Source: Chlorobiota bacterium (lineage in GTDB: Bacteria; Bacteroidota; Ignavibacteria; Kapaibacteriales; NICIL-2). Taken from it: 64,000 nt of DNA. The DNA is taken from positions 17,723 through 81,722 of the forward strand of contig JBDHXF010000001.1 in the NCBI GenBank assembly GCA_039810585.1, in the 5' to 3' direction. Position numbers and translations under genes: made by a program. The notes under the pieces were generated by a model. That model saw nothing but the letters and a program-made list of their open reading frames with translations, did no database searches and was not told the origin of the DNA. This document shows, one piece after another, positions 19,707 to 29,316 of this stretch (positions are counted from its first letter, which is position 1; the number at the start of each line of letters is the position of its first letter).

Positions 19707-20969
19707 TTACTTTATCTCATCGCAACGCATGTAGGGTCGCAGTGCCTCCGGAATGCGAATGGTGCCTTCCGGTGTTTGGTGGTGTTCGAGCATGGCCACC
19801 ATGATGCGTGAGGTAGCGAGACCACTTCCGTTCAAGGTGTGCACATGTTCGAGTTTGCCTTGAGCGGTGCGGTAGCGGATATTGGCGCGACGCGCCTGGA
19901 AGTTTTCGAAGTTGGAGCAACTGGACACTTCAAGATATTTCTGTTCGGCGGGTGACCACACTTCTAAATCGTAGGTCTTAGCCGAATTAAAGCTGGTGTC
20001 GCCGCTGCAGAGTAAAATGACGCGATACGGTAGTTCCAATGCGCGGAGCAGATCCTCAACGTCGTTGACAAGCAGTTCCAATTCGTTGTAGGAATTGTCG
20101 GGGTGACAAAACTTCACCAACTCCACTTTGTTGAATTGATGTACCCGCAGGAAACCGCGGGTATCCTTGCCGTAGCTGCCGGCTTCGCGACGGAAGCAGG
20201 CGCTGTATCCGCAGAACTTTATGGGCAGGTCTGCTTCGCTGAGCACGTCGTCACGATAGAAGTTGGTGAGCGGGACTTCTGCCGTTGGAATGAGATACAA
20301 GTCATCGTCAGCGCAGCGGTACATATCCTCTTCGAGCTTCGGGATTTGTCCGGTGCCCACCATCGATGCCCGATTCACCGCGAAGGGTGGCATCATTTCT
20401 CGGTAGCCATGCTTTTCAATGTGCATGTCCAGAAACAAGTTGATCATCGCACGCTCAAGCGTTGCGCCTTTGCCGGTGTAGAAGCCGAAGCCGCTGCCGC
20501 TGACTTTGGCGCCGCGCTCGAAATCTAAAAGACCGAGCTTCTTGGCAATGTCGACGTGGTTAAGACGGTAGTCCGCCGGAATTTTCTCCACCGTCGAACG
20601 TATCTCCACATTCTGCGAGGCGTCTCTACCTACCGGCACATCGGCATGAAGCATGTTGGGAATGTAGAGCTGGATAGCCAACATCTGCTCGTCTAACTCT
20701 CGGATGCGTTCGTCGTTAGCCTTGATGGCATCGCCGACCAGACGCATTTCTTCAATCATAGCCGTAGCGTCTTCCTTGGCTTTTTTGAGACGGGCAATTT
20801 CCTCGCTCGTTACGTTCCGCTTGTTTTTGAGTTGATCGGTATCGGACACCAATCGGCGACGCTCCGTATCGAGTTCAAGCAGGTCCTGAACCTTGGCTTT
20901 TTCGTTCTTGTTGGTGGTGTTGGCTATAACCGCATCCGCATTCTCGCGGATGAACTTGAGCTCGAGCAT
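19707..20969 (-). CDS. serS: Serine--tRNA ligase
   Basis: 'LIPTAEVP', 'FRREAGSYGKDTRG', 'HQFNKVEL', 'EVSSCSN', 'HTLNGSGLA'. TATTTTTG box at 21005-21012 (-). Confidence 0.97.
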   Translation of the reverse strand: MLELKFIRENADAVIANTTNKNEKAKVQDLLELDTERRRLVSDTDQLKNKRNVTSEEIARLKKAKEDATAMIEEMRLVGDAIKANDERIRELDEQMLAIQLYIPNMLHADVPVGRDASQNVEIRSTVEKIPADYRLNHVDIAKKLGLLDFERGAKVSGSGFGFYTGKGATLERAMINLFLDMHIEKHGYREMMPPFAVNRASMVGTGQIPKLEEDMYRCADDDLYLIPTAEVPLTNFYRDDVLSEADLPIKFCGYSACFRREAGSYGKDTRGFLRVHQFNKVELVKFCHPDNSYNELELLVNDVEDLLRALELPYRVILLCSGDTSFNSAKTYDLEVWSPAEQKYLEVSSCSNFENFQARRANIRYRTAQGKLEHVHTLNGSGLATSRIMVAMLEHHQTPEGTIRIPEALRPYMRCDEIK

Positions 20970-21133
20970 GGTGTGGCGACGAAGGGTTGTGACACAATAA
21001 TCCACAAAAATACACAGCTCTGGCCGAGCAGGACACCTCGGCTAGCGTTGCAATGAACGGCAGGTTAGGGTCGCGAACAAGTCGTTCGCCATTGGCAAAA
21101 CGGCGTTTCTAGGTCTACGGACCGAGCGCGTGC

Positions 21134-21361
21134 TTAATGGAGGAGATGCATCCAAGCGGTAGCAATGCAGGCGGCGCCGGCTATAAGACAGCTAAGACCC
21201 AGGTATAAACTGCGTTGCATGCTCCGTTCAGCAACATTGGGTTGCAGGGCGGTTGGGATGGTCATAGCAACGACGAAGCCCTGTGCGGTCGAGCGCACAT
21301 AGCCAGAGGTTCTGTTGAGTGCCGAGAGAATTTGAGGACGGAATGGCAAGATGAGCTTCAT
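21134..21361 (-). CDS. Small hypothetical membrane protein (75 aa)
   Basis: ATG preceded by AAAGGA, one C-terminal TM helix, fills an otherwise empty gap. Confidence 0.5.
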   Translation of the reverse strand: MKLILPFRPQILSALNRTSGYVRSTAQGFVVAMTIPTALQPNVAERSMQRSLYLGLSCLIAGAACIATAWMHLLH

Positions 21362-21552
21362 GGCGAAATCCTTTCGTTGAGTTCCTGTCCTCTGTTTATC
21401 GGCCATCTTCGCCCGGAATGAAGTGCAGGCTGACAGCATCCCCAAAGCACAGAATGGCCAAATCTGAACTAAAAACGAATGAATCTCGGAAGACACCTGA
21501 AGCCGCTCGTGCGCTCGTATCTTTGTTTTCATCCAACTGATAGCCCATCTCT

Positions 21553-23184
21553 ATGCCCATACATCGTCGCTGGCACTACCCCATTGTCGCTTTAGCCGGA
21601 GCCGCCGGAGGATTTTCCTTTGCCCCGCTGCACCTTGGCTGGCTGGCCTTTGTGTGTTTCGTGCCCCTGATTCTAATCATCGAAGCACGAGGCTTTCGGT
21701 CCATGCCAACGCGATTGCTCTATACCTTTTTCTTCTGCTTTCACGGAGCGGCTAATTGGTGGGTGATGAGCTGGCAAAAAGAAACCGATCCTTACCTCAT
21801 GGCGGCGGGAGCCGGATTGTGGCTGGGACACCCTTTCTTCCTCATGCCGGCATTTTGGGTGTATAGTGCTATGCGACGTCGCCAAGGCGTTCTTCCCTCA
21901 CTCGTTGCCCTCTGCCTCTCCTGGACCGCTGTTGAGTGGCTGCATTCGCTGACGGATTTGTCGTACCCTTGGCTTGCTTTGGGTTACACCCAGGTCTACA
22001 ACGGCGCGCTCGCCCAGATTGCCGACATTGGCGGCGTGTGGTTTGTGAGCCTGTTCATTCTCAGCATCAACGCCATCCTTGCCCATTACGCGCTCGAACG
22101 TGGCTCGGTATGGAAGCACTTCGCATGGGCTGTGGGAATCATCTTCGTCGTGAGTTTCTACGGCGTCTGGAAGCAAAGCGAGTACAGCACCAACGAACGA
22201 ACGCAGACACGTCGTTTCGACGTGGGCCTGGTACAACCAAGCATCGATCCCTGGGATAAATGGCAGGGTAGCGTAGACGCAGAAATTGCATTACACATGC
22301 GTCTGCAGGATTCGCTCAACGCGGTGCGCCATTGCGCGCTCAACGTGTGGAGCGAGACCGCCATTCCCTATGCACTCACCCTGCCTCAGAACGCAGGACT
22401 CTTACACCGATTGCGTCAGTGGGTGGACAGTTCGCACACTTCTCTGCTCACCGGATATGCAGACTACGTGCTCTATCCCAAGGGCACGGCGCCTTTCAAC
22501 GCGCAGCCTTATCCGCGCGACCCTATGCTCATGATGCGCATTTTCAACTCGGCCGGCATTCTCAATCCGGGCGCAAGCGATATACCGACGCACCACAAGT
22601 CACGTCTGACGCCGTTTGGCGAGTACATGCCCTTTAGTGACGATGTGCCCGCGATTCAGTCATGGCTCAAATGGGGCGTGGGTATTTCCGGATGGAGTCG
22701 TGGCGAAGGCGCCAATGCACTGCCTCTGGTGGTGGATGGCGACACGGCAGCGCTCATCGGTCCGGTGATTTGCATCGAGTCCATTTATCCCAACTACGTC
22801 TCGGATTACATCCGTCAGGGCGCAAACCTCTTGGCAGTGATTACCAACGATGCCTGGTATGACGGTACTTTTGGTCCCGAGCAACACTACTGCATTGCTC
22901 GTCTGCGCGCCATCGAAACACGCACGCCCGTTATTCGCTGTGGTAATAGTGGTATCAGCGGCTATATCAATGCCGCGGGAGAATCGGTGTACCAAGCGCC
23001 CGCTCGTACGTGTCGCTCCATCGCGGTCAGCGTGCCCTGGCGCGGGGCGCAAGCCAGCGAGCAAAGTCTGTATGTACGCTTCGGCGATTGGCTGCCAAAA
23101 CTCTGCACACTGTTTTTGATGGCGCTCATTGTCTGGATGCGCATGCGACGTCCATTGACGCCCGCGAGCTCGGCACAATCGTGA
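21553..23184 (+). CDS. lnt: Apolipoprotein N-acyltransferase
   Basis: 'YPWLALGYTQ', 'WSETA', 'KSRLTPFGEY', 'ICIES', 'TNDAWY', 'RAIETR'. TATCTTTG box at 21518-21525. Confidence 0.95.
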   Translation: MPIHRRWHYPIVALAGAAGGFSFAPLHLGWLAFVCFVPLILIIEARGFRSMPTRLLYTFFFCFHGAANWWVMSWQKETDPYLMAAGAGLWLGHPFFLMPAFWVYSAMRRRQGVLPSLVALCLSWTAVEWLHSLTDLSYPWLALGYTQVYNGALAQIADIGGVWFVSLFILSINAILAHYALERGSVWKHFAWAVGIIFVVSFYGVWKQSEYSTNERTQTRRFDVGLVQPSIDPWDKWQGSVDAEIALHMRLQDSLNAVRHCALNVWSETAIPYALTLPQNAGLLHRLRQWVDSSHTSLLTGYADYVLYPKGTAPFNAQPYPRDPMLMMRIFNSAGILNPGASDIPTHHKSRLTPFGEYMPFSDDVPAIQSWLKWGVGISGWSRGEGANALPLVVDGDTAALIGPVICIESIYPNYVSDYIRQGANLLAVITNDAWYDGTFGPEQHYCIARLRAIETRTPVIRCGNSGISGYINAAGESVYQAPARTCRSIAVSVPWRGAQASEQSLYVRFGDWLPKLCTLFLMALIVWMRMRRPLTPASSAQS

Positions 23185-23223
23185 TCGTCATCGCTCGATA
23201 AGATATCTGCATAGGATTCTCTG

Positions 23224-23253
23224 TACGTGCGGCCCATGGGCCGCACGTATTAC
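23224..23253. repeat. REP-like palindrome between convergent genes
   Basis: TACGTGCGGCCC-at-GGGCCGCACGTA(TTAC). Confidence 0.7.
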
Positions 23254-23281
23254 AATCAGTCAGCGAAGAACCAGCCTCGGC

Positions 23282-23989
23282 TTAGAAGCGCAGACTCACC
23301 ACGATGGAATGGAAAATCTTTTCTTGCTCCTCGGCATCCGGAGCTTTGTTGGTGGTGATGGGTGTGGGCACGAGTGAGACCTCGTAGTAATTCTGCAGCG
23401 AGCTCTGCAGCACAACGGAGCGTGCGCGTTGGGCGGTGGAATCGGTTACATTCAGACAAAAATCATAGGCCCCAAACTGCTTGGTGCCATAGTGTATGGC
23501 CTCCATGGCGCTGAGGAGTCGCACACCGCCGGTTGACTTTCGCGAACGTTTATCGAAGGCGGCTCGTGCCAGGCCGACTAATCCCTCTTGCTGCACCGCC
23601 TGCTTCATCGCGTCGTCGGCACGCAGGGTTTGAATCACCATGCTGAGCGTGTAGTCGGGGTTGACGGCAACAGCAATAACGTCGGCCGACATCGTAGCGT
23701 TCACATCCACTAAAAACCAACCTTTGGGCATGAAGGCCAACAGATCTCCCGGTTTGGAACGAATGTAATCATCGCTCATCGCAATCTCGGGTCGCAACAG
23801 GGCAGGGTCTTCTGCAATGACTTTGGGTTTGGTGGGAAAGAGAAAGCAAGACTGCAAGCCTGCAGCCATGCCAAGAACTCCGAGCAGAACCAAGAGAACG
23901 CAGGGTAGCGACGCCCTGTGAGACTTGCCTCCGACAACGCATGCACCTGAGGATAACCTCACGCTATTTAGCAGCTTTCTTGTGTGCAT
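23282..23989 (-). CDS. Hypothetical lipoprotein (start uncertain)
   Basis: Hydrophobic stretch ending in the lipobox-like GLQSC. Overlaps the end of the DUF1684 gene. Confidence 0.65.
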   Translation of the reverse strand: MHTRKLLNSVRLSSGACVVGGKSHRASLPCVLLVLLGVLGMAAGLQSCFLFPTKPKVIAEDPALLRPEIAMSDDYIRSKPGDLLAFMPKGWFLVDVNATMSADVIAVAVNPDYTLSMVIQTLRADDAMKQAVQQEGLVGLARAAFDKRSRKSTGGVRLLSAMEAIHYGTKQFGAYDFCLNVTDSTAQRARSVVLQSSLQNYYEVSLVPTPITTNKAPDAEEQEKIFHSIVVSLRF

Positions 23990-24635
23990 GGTAGGTTTTT
24001 TCTCCTGCATTGATCGCGACCGGCAACACGTTTTCCGGTGGAATGAGCAGACATGAAAAACTATCGTTGTAGGCACAATAGGGATTGTAGGCAAGGTTGA
24101 AGTCGATGGTACTCTCATCACCCGGATCGTCTACCTCCACGTAGCGCCCGGCATCGTAGCAACTGAGACCCGTGTTTTTATCCTTGAACGGTATCACTAC
24201 CGTCTTAGTGTTGCCACTCACATGACGATAGCCCGTGAGGTGATAAATCTTCTCATCTCCCAGCGAAAACGAAAACACGCCGGCTTTGACCATGGTTTGC
24301 GTGTCACCTTGCGAAGACGGCATGTGCAGGGTATCGGTTGTCGTTGCAGGCTCGAAGCTGGCGATGACAGCGTAGGCTTCATCGTGAGGGTAGTAGATCA
24401 AACCCGTGAATGACTTGCGTTGTTCTTTGGGAAGCGGTGAGGTCGTGTCATACTTAAAATACCGATCCTTCTGCGCTCTGAATTTGACGATGGCGGTGGC
24501 GTTGGACGGCACGTCCTGTAGTTTTTCTTCATCGTCATCTTTGTCACCGCAGGATTGCAAGGTGTTCAGCAGGAGAAGACCGCAGCACAGAGCCAATGCC
24601 CACAACACAGGTCGACGGATTCCAATAGTGTCCAT
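23964..24635 (-). CDS. DUF1684 domain lipoprotein
   Basis: 'PFKDKNTG..Y.AGRY', 'IDFNLAYNPYCAYN', 'PPENVL...AGEK', lipobox LQSC. Confidence 0.88.
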   Translation of the reverse strand: MDTIGIRRPVLWALALCCGLLLLNTLQSCGDKDDDEEKLQDVPSNATAIVKFRAQKDRYFKYDTTSPLPKEQRKSFTGLIYYPHDEAYAVIASFEPATTTDTLHMPSSQGDTQTMVKAGVFSFSLGDEKIYHLTGYRHVSGNTKTVVIPFKDKNTGLSCYDAGRYVEVDDPGDESTIDFNLAYNPYCAYNDSFSCLLIPPENVLPVAINAGEKTYHAHKKAAK

Positions 24636-24750
24636 ACGCTACTCTCCTTTTGTGATCAGTAATCGCTGCGTCCTGTCATTGTTGGTGCTGACGTCGCAGG
24701 TCCTCCAACACAGCAGTATCGCGAGGCGCAGAATGCTAAGGACGAAAAAC

Positions 24751-25287
24751 CTAGAAGCTATTGCGCCACATCATCGATTCAACCGGGATGTTCACCCGGT
24801 CGTTATACTTGGCCGAGGCTTTGTTCTTGTACGAGGTGAGAATTTCACCTTCCACAAGAAAGTAAATAAGCTGTCCGATCGGCATTCCGGCATACACGCG
24901 AACCGGTACCTTGACAGAAATTTCAAGGGTCCAAAAGTTGCAAAAACCCACGTCGCCTTTTCCGGCGGTAGCGTGAATGTCGATACCAAGACGTCCCACC
25001 GACGACTTGCCCTCCAGAAACGGAACGTGCTCGTGCGTTTCGGTGTACTCCTCGGTCACTCCCAAATACAACTGATCCGGCATGAGTACAAAACCCTCAT
25101 CCGGAATCTCAAACAGGCGAATGGTGTTGTGCTTCTTGGCATCCAGCACCTCGTCGTTGTACACCGCCAAGGTGCGACCTAAATGCACATCGTAACTGTT
25201 AGAACCCAAACAACTACGGTCGAAGGGTTCAATAACGATGCTTTTTTGCTCAATACAGCGCAGAATTTCGTTGTCGGAGAGAATCAT
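24751..25287 (-). CDS. dcd: dCTP deaminase
   Basis: 'MILSD', 'SYDVHLG', 'EGKSSVGRLG', 'GMPIGQL'. TATCTTTG box at 25318-25325 (-). Confidence 0.93.
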   Translation of the reverse strand: MILSDNEILRCIEQKSIVIEPFDRSCLGSNSYDVHLGRTLAVYNDEVLDAKKHNTIRLFEIPDEGFVLMPDQLYLGVTEEYTETHEHVPFLEGKSSVGRLGIDIHATAGKGDVGFCNFWTLEISVKVPVRVYAGMPIGQLIYFLVEGEILTSYKNKASAKYNDRVNIPVESMMWRNSF

Positions 25288-25537
25288 GGAAGCCACTGAT
25301 GGAAAACGATCGGATTGCAAAGATAGGACTTGCGCTGAGCTCCACCTATTGGAAAGACAGTGAACAATGCTTCAAGGGTTCATTGAGATGAATGATACAA
25401 ACGACCCTTCATATCACCTCCAGCACTGCAATTCGAGTCGAAATTGAGACTATACCTCTGCTACTCTTGAGAATAAACATACTTGGTGCTAACCGCATGT
25501 AATACGAGTACTTACGGGGCGAGCTATAGTCGTCGCA

Positions 25538-25981
25538 CTAAAAAGCGAGTGTAGCAATCTTGTTAACACCATTGTATACCAATAAACAATCGCCAAGGAT
25601 GTCTCGACCAATGAGCATATCAATGTTTTGATTGCTCAATATCGAACTCATCACACTGTGCACTTGAAACGTTCTCGCCATGGAAGAATGTGGTATAACA
25701 ATCTTTACGTCAAATATGTCCACCTTCATCGGCGTATGTCCGGTGGATGGAGTGAGCATATAATCCCAACTTACAGGGGTCAATCCAAGTTGAGAACTAA
25801 TTCTCGGATCTAGGCAGGTTCCAGATGCTCCCGTGTCAATCAGTGCTCGGATGGATATATCTGCTGGTACAAATCGATTGGCCCTCAGTAACGCTGATTT
25901 GTGAGGCATACTCACTCCAACTGTAACCTGAATAAGAGGACTGAAGTCCGGTGCCTGAAGAGGAATGCTAAAGATCGGCAT
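25538..25981 (-). CDS. Single-domain retropepsin-like (clan AA) aspartyl protease
   Basis: 'ALIDTGASGTCL' and 'MLIGRDIL'. Confidence 0.85.
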   Translation of the reverse strand: MPIFSIPLQAPDFSPLIQVTVGVSMPHKSALLRANRFVPADISIRALIDTGASGTCLDPRISSQLGLTPVSWDYMLTPSTGHTPMKVDIFDVKIVIPHSSMARTFQVHSVMSSILSNQNIDMLIGRDILGDCLLVYNGVNKIATLAF

Positions 25982-26213
25982 GTACCGGCTGAGTAAGTCG
26001 TGTTATAAAATGCACGGATGGCGAATTGGTGATTCTCTTCACTAAAAATGGCTCTAAACCGTACTTCTCGTAGCCAGTTTGAACGGCATCATCAAATGTC
26101 TCATACACATCAACATTTTCACCGTGAATCAACGCGAATTTCCCCGAATTTTCTGCGATAAGGGACTCGATAATTTCATCGAATTTGGCGTTTTCTTTTT
26201 CTAAGTGAGCCAT
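25968..26213 (-). CDS. Small protein resembling DUF5678
   Basis: 'LIAENSGKFALIHGENVDVYETFDDAVQTGYEKYGLEPFLVKRI'. Overlaps the protease start by 14 nt. Confidence 0.7.
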   Translation of the reverse strand: MAHLEKENAKFDEIIESLIAENSGKFALIHGENVDVYETFDDAVQTGYEKYGLEPFLVKRITNSPSVHFITRLTQPVHADL

Positions 26214-26408
26214 AAGAATACGTTGAGTCAGGTACAATATACCCATTGAAAAATGGAAAACACAACGCATTGTACCAGATTTTTATGTCACATTAAGATT
26301 CACTTGTCAGCGGTTAACGAGCTTTCGCTGTGGGATCTTGGCTAGTGAAGAACTATTGCCAGCAATTCCTCATTCCTAAGATTATGTATGATAGTCAGCA
26401 ACCTGCTC

Positions 26409-28022
26409 CTATCCCTGGGCTGCAGCGCTCTTATATTTTGCTCGTATCAACTGCACCGAAAGCAACAGCATCAGTACGTTGTGCACAAAGAGTAGGGTTC
26501 CAATGGCTCCGAATTGTGTCAGTGCGCTGACCAAGGCATAGGCGTACACAACACTCACTCCGAGCACCAGTCCCGCTACAACCCGCGCAATCTGCAATCG
26601 GAGGGCGAACGCGGCAATGCCGATGCTCAAAAGAATATGTGCCGTGCTCACGATGATAAACAACCAGCTCAGTCCTCCGAGTTCTGAGGACGGCAAAGTC
26701 AAAAGCGCCACACTCCAGAGAAGTGACAACAATGGGAGCGCAATCACCACCAGACCACACCAGCCAAGCACTGCCGGGCGTAGTTTTCTTCTCTGACGAA
26801 TGCCCTGCTCTTCGTCTGCATCACGAACAGTTGAGGCATCTACGAAGACATCTAGCTCTTCGGTTCTCCACATCGGCTTTTGCTCGTTGCGATAGGCTTG
26901 CAGACAGTGGTTTAACACACTGCGCAGTGTCATCAACTCGGCGGCGGAGCGTGAGCGAAGATCAAAGCGCAGCAAGGTTCGGAGCATCTGCACTTCGTGG
27001 ATGCTCGATGTGAAGAGGTCTTGGTTAGCCGACTCACTCAACGTGGATGCCGCAGCCAGCGCTTCAGTGTTCAGGGCAAACAGTCCTGCATAGCTGCCAA
27101 CCCGATAGGGCGCACAACCAAAGAGTTGGATGTCTCCCAGCGGTTCGCGACGAACTGTTGAGGAGTCATCCTTACGACCCTCCCGGTACACCACGAGCGT
27201 GTCGCCGTCCATTTCTACAAGGGTGGCTTTACGACGTGATGCCCGTGCTACAAAAAAGAGTACGACGCTCATGATGCCCGCCAAAGCGCAAACCGACCAC
27301 ACAGCGATGTGAAAAAGTCCGTCGTCCGGTATGCGATCCCGGAACACCACCACCAGCACAAAGAACAGTGCAAACAATCCAAGCAGCGGAAACACATCCA
27401 ACACGCTACCACCCGCTGTCCAACGGATACTCTGCGTGAGCTGAGTTGATTGCACTGCAATCCACGAGGGCAACACGCAGCGTTGATCTTGCGAGCGCAC
27501 TGCCGCATTCTCACGCGCACGCTGCAGAACAGCCATGCACTGCTCGAGTACAAGGCTTGCGCGATCGTGTGCGTAGAGGTTGTCCAGCAAGAGTATCTCC
27601 GCACCTTCATGCAGGCGCATCACAAGGTCGTAAAATCGATAAGCAGGCTCATTCGTTGAGTTGCTGTCCGAAGGAACAAGTAAAACATCCTGCACATCGG
27701 CAAGAGGAAGTTCCGCGGTGACGGCATAGGTGGACGCTCCGGAGGAGAGCAGGACGGTAGGCCATGCGGCATCGATCATCACGGAGCCAATGCGCTGATG
27801 TCCCGCGCGACGAATCAGGACTTGAGGTATGCCTGCGATGAGCAGCGCTGCGCCGACGAAGATCGCGCCCTCGGTTTGCAGGGGTTCGTGGGCCATGAAG
27901 AACAAACCGCCCAGAAGCAAGGCACTCGCTACCATCAAGGCAGCAAGGTTGATGTCCTCCACCACCATTCGAGTGCGGAACACAATTCGGTTAGCGCTAT
28001 GAACATACTCTCGTTGTGCCAT
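26409..28022 (-). CDS. Hypothetical multi-pass membrane protein
   Basis: Long ORF with two paired-TM plus soluble units and a C-terminal ~4-TM block. Confidence 0.7.
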   Translation of the reverse strand: MAQREYVHSANRIVFRTRMVVEDINLAALMVASALLLGGLFFMAHEPLQTEGAIFVGAALLIAGIPQVLIRRAGHQRIGSVMIDAAWPTVLLSSGASTYAVTAELPLADVQDVLLVPSDSNSTNEPAYRFYDLVMRLHEGAEILLLDNLYAHDRASLVLEQCMAVLQRARENAAVRSQDQRCVLPSWIAVQSTQLTQSIRWTAGGSVLDVFPLLGLFALFFVLVVVFRDRIPDDGLFHIAVWSVCALAGIMSVVLFFVARASRRKATLVEMDGDTLVVYREGRKDDSSTVRREPLGDIQLFGCAPYRVGSYAGLFALNTEALAAASTLSESANQDLFTSSIHEVQMLRTLLRFDLRSRSAAELMTLRSVLNHCLQAYRNEQKPMWRTEELDVFVDASTVRDADEEQGIRQRRKLRPAVLGWCGLVVIALPLLSLLWSVALLTLPSSELGGLSWLFIIVSTAHILLSIGIAAFALRLQIARVVAGLVLGVSVVYAYALVSALTQFGAIGTLLFVHNVLMLLLSVQLIRAKYKSAAAQG

Positions 28023-28166
28023 GATCATTATTCGGTGACGCTGCAATTTACGTCTGCATACACCTCGCTACTCTCTTGTGCTACACTGCATTCAGCGAAG
28101 GGTCGTCTAGATCCCCATCCTTCGTAGATTTGACGCTATCGCATAACACTTCCTCACACGAACCAC

Positions 28167-29219
28167 ATGCAGGCAACCTCTCTTTCTCACGTCTTCCGCA
28201 ATACAGGTCTACTGATTCTCATTCCGTTCGTCGCGCTTTTATCGTCCTTTTCAACCATGGCTCAGAGCGCCGAAGAATGGTACAATAAGGGCTACACCCT
28301 GGACAGCACCGGCGATTATCAGGGAGCCATTGCGGCCTACACCAAAGCAATTGCGAAGAACACCAAGTACGTGCGTGCCTATGTCAACCGCGGTCTCTCA
28401 TACCAAAACGTGGGAAACACCAAGGCTGCAATGAGCGATTATTCTAAGGCTATACAGATCGACCCCTCGCAGAGTCTGGCATGGACGAATCGTGGGACGG
28501 CTTATGCGGAGATGGGCGATATGAAGTCGGCGCTTCGCGATTACAGCCAGGCTCTCAAACTGGATTCGGCAGACCTGGATGCACGGACCAATCGCGGGAT
28601 GGTGCGCTATCGGATGCAAGATTACAAGGGTGCGATTGAAGATTTTAGCGTGCTCATCGCCGCTCAGCCGCGCAACCCGGAGTTTTATTACAAGCGCGGC
28701 ATTTGTCGTATTCCTGCTCGTGAGGCTCTGGCGGCCATTAGTGACTTCAGTGTCTGCCTTGATTTGGATTCCACGTACTTCCCTGCCTACATCAATCGGG
28801 CTCAAACCTTCGAGGCTACACGCAATAACAAGTTGGCGGCTGACGACTATGCGGCAGCTATACGTTTGCAGCCCAACGATACCAACCTGTATGTGATGAG
28901 TGGGTTAAATATCCTTGAGTTGAAGGACACCGTCACAGCTCTCAAACTCTACTCCGAAGCTATTGGCCTCAACCCACACTACGCCAAAGCCCTGAACAAT
29001 CGCGCCATTCTCCTTGCTGCCCAGAAGGATTATAACGGCGCACTCAAAGACTACACCGCTGCGATAGCTGCCGACCCTAAGAACCCCATCTACTACTTCA
29101 ATCGTGCGAATGCACGGAAGATGAATAACGACCCGAAAGGCGCCTGCGAAGACTGGAAGACATCGGAAAAACTCGGCGAACCGGCAGCGACTGAGGCGAT
29201 TAAAAAGTTCTGTCGCTAG
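28167..29219 (+). CDS. Exported TPR repeat protein
   Basis: Signal peptide and repeated 'AYxNRG...A..DY..AI..DP' units. Confidence 0.9.
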   Translation: MQATSLSHVFRNTGLLILIPFVALLSSFSTMAQSAEEWYNKGYTLDSTGDYQGAIAAYTKAIAKNTKYVRAYVNRGLSYQNVGNTKAAMSDYSKAIQIDPSQSLAWTNRGTAYAEMGDMKSALRDYSQALKLDSADLDARTNRGMVRYRMQDYKGAIEDFSVLIAAQPRNPEFYYKRGICRIPAREALAAISDFSVCLDLDSTYFPAYINRAQTFEATRNNKLAADDYAAAIRLQPNDTNLYVMSGLNILELKDTVTALKLYSEAIGLNPHYAKALNNRAILLAAQKDYNGALKDYTAAIAADPKNPIYYFNRANARKMNNDPKGACEDWKTSEKLGEPAATEAIKKFCR

Positions 29220-29254
29220 GATCTTTGTTGTCTGATATCTTCAGGTGTTTTTTG

Positions 29255-29282
29255 ATTCGTGCGGCGCATGCGCCGCACGAAT
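29255..29282. repeat. REP-like perfect 28-bp palindrome between convergent genes
   Basis: ATTCGTGCGGCGCATGCGCCGCACGAAT. Confidence 0.75.
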
Positions 29283-29316
29283 TGAAAATCCCAAGCAGAT
29301 AGCTGTGCTGCGGGTT

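Noticed and set aside
24406-25182. 258-aa plus-strand ORF
   Set aside because: Antisense to dcd and the DUF1684 gene.
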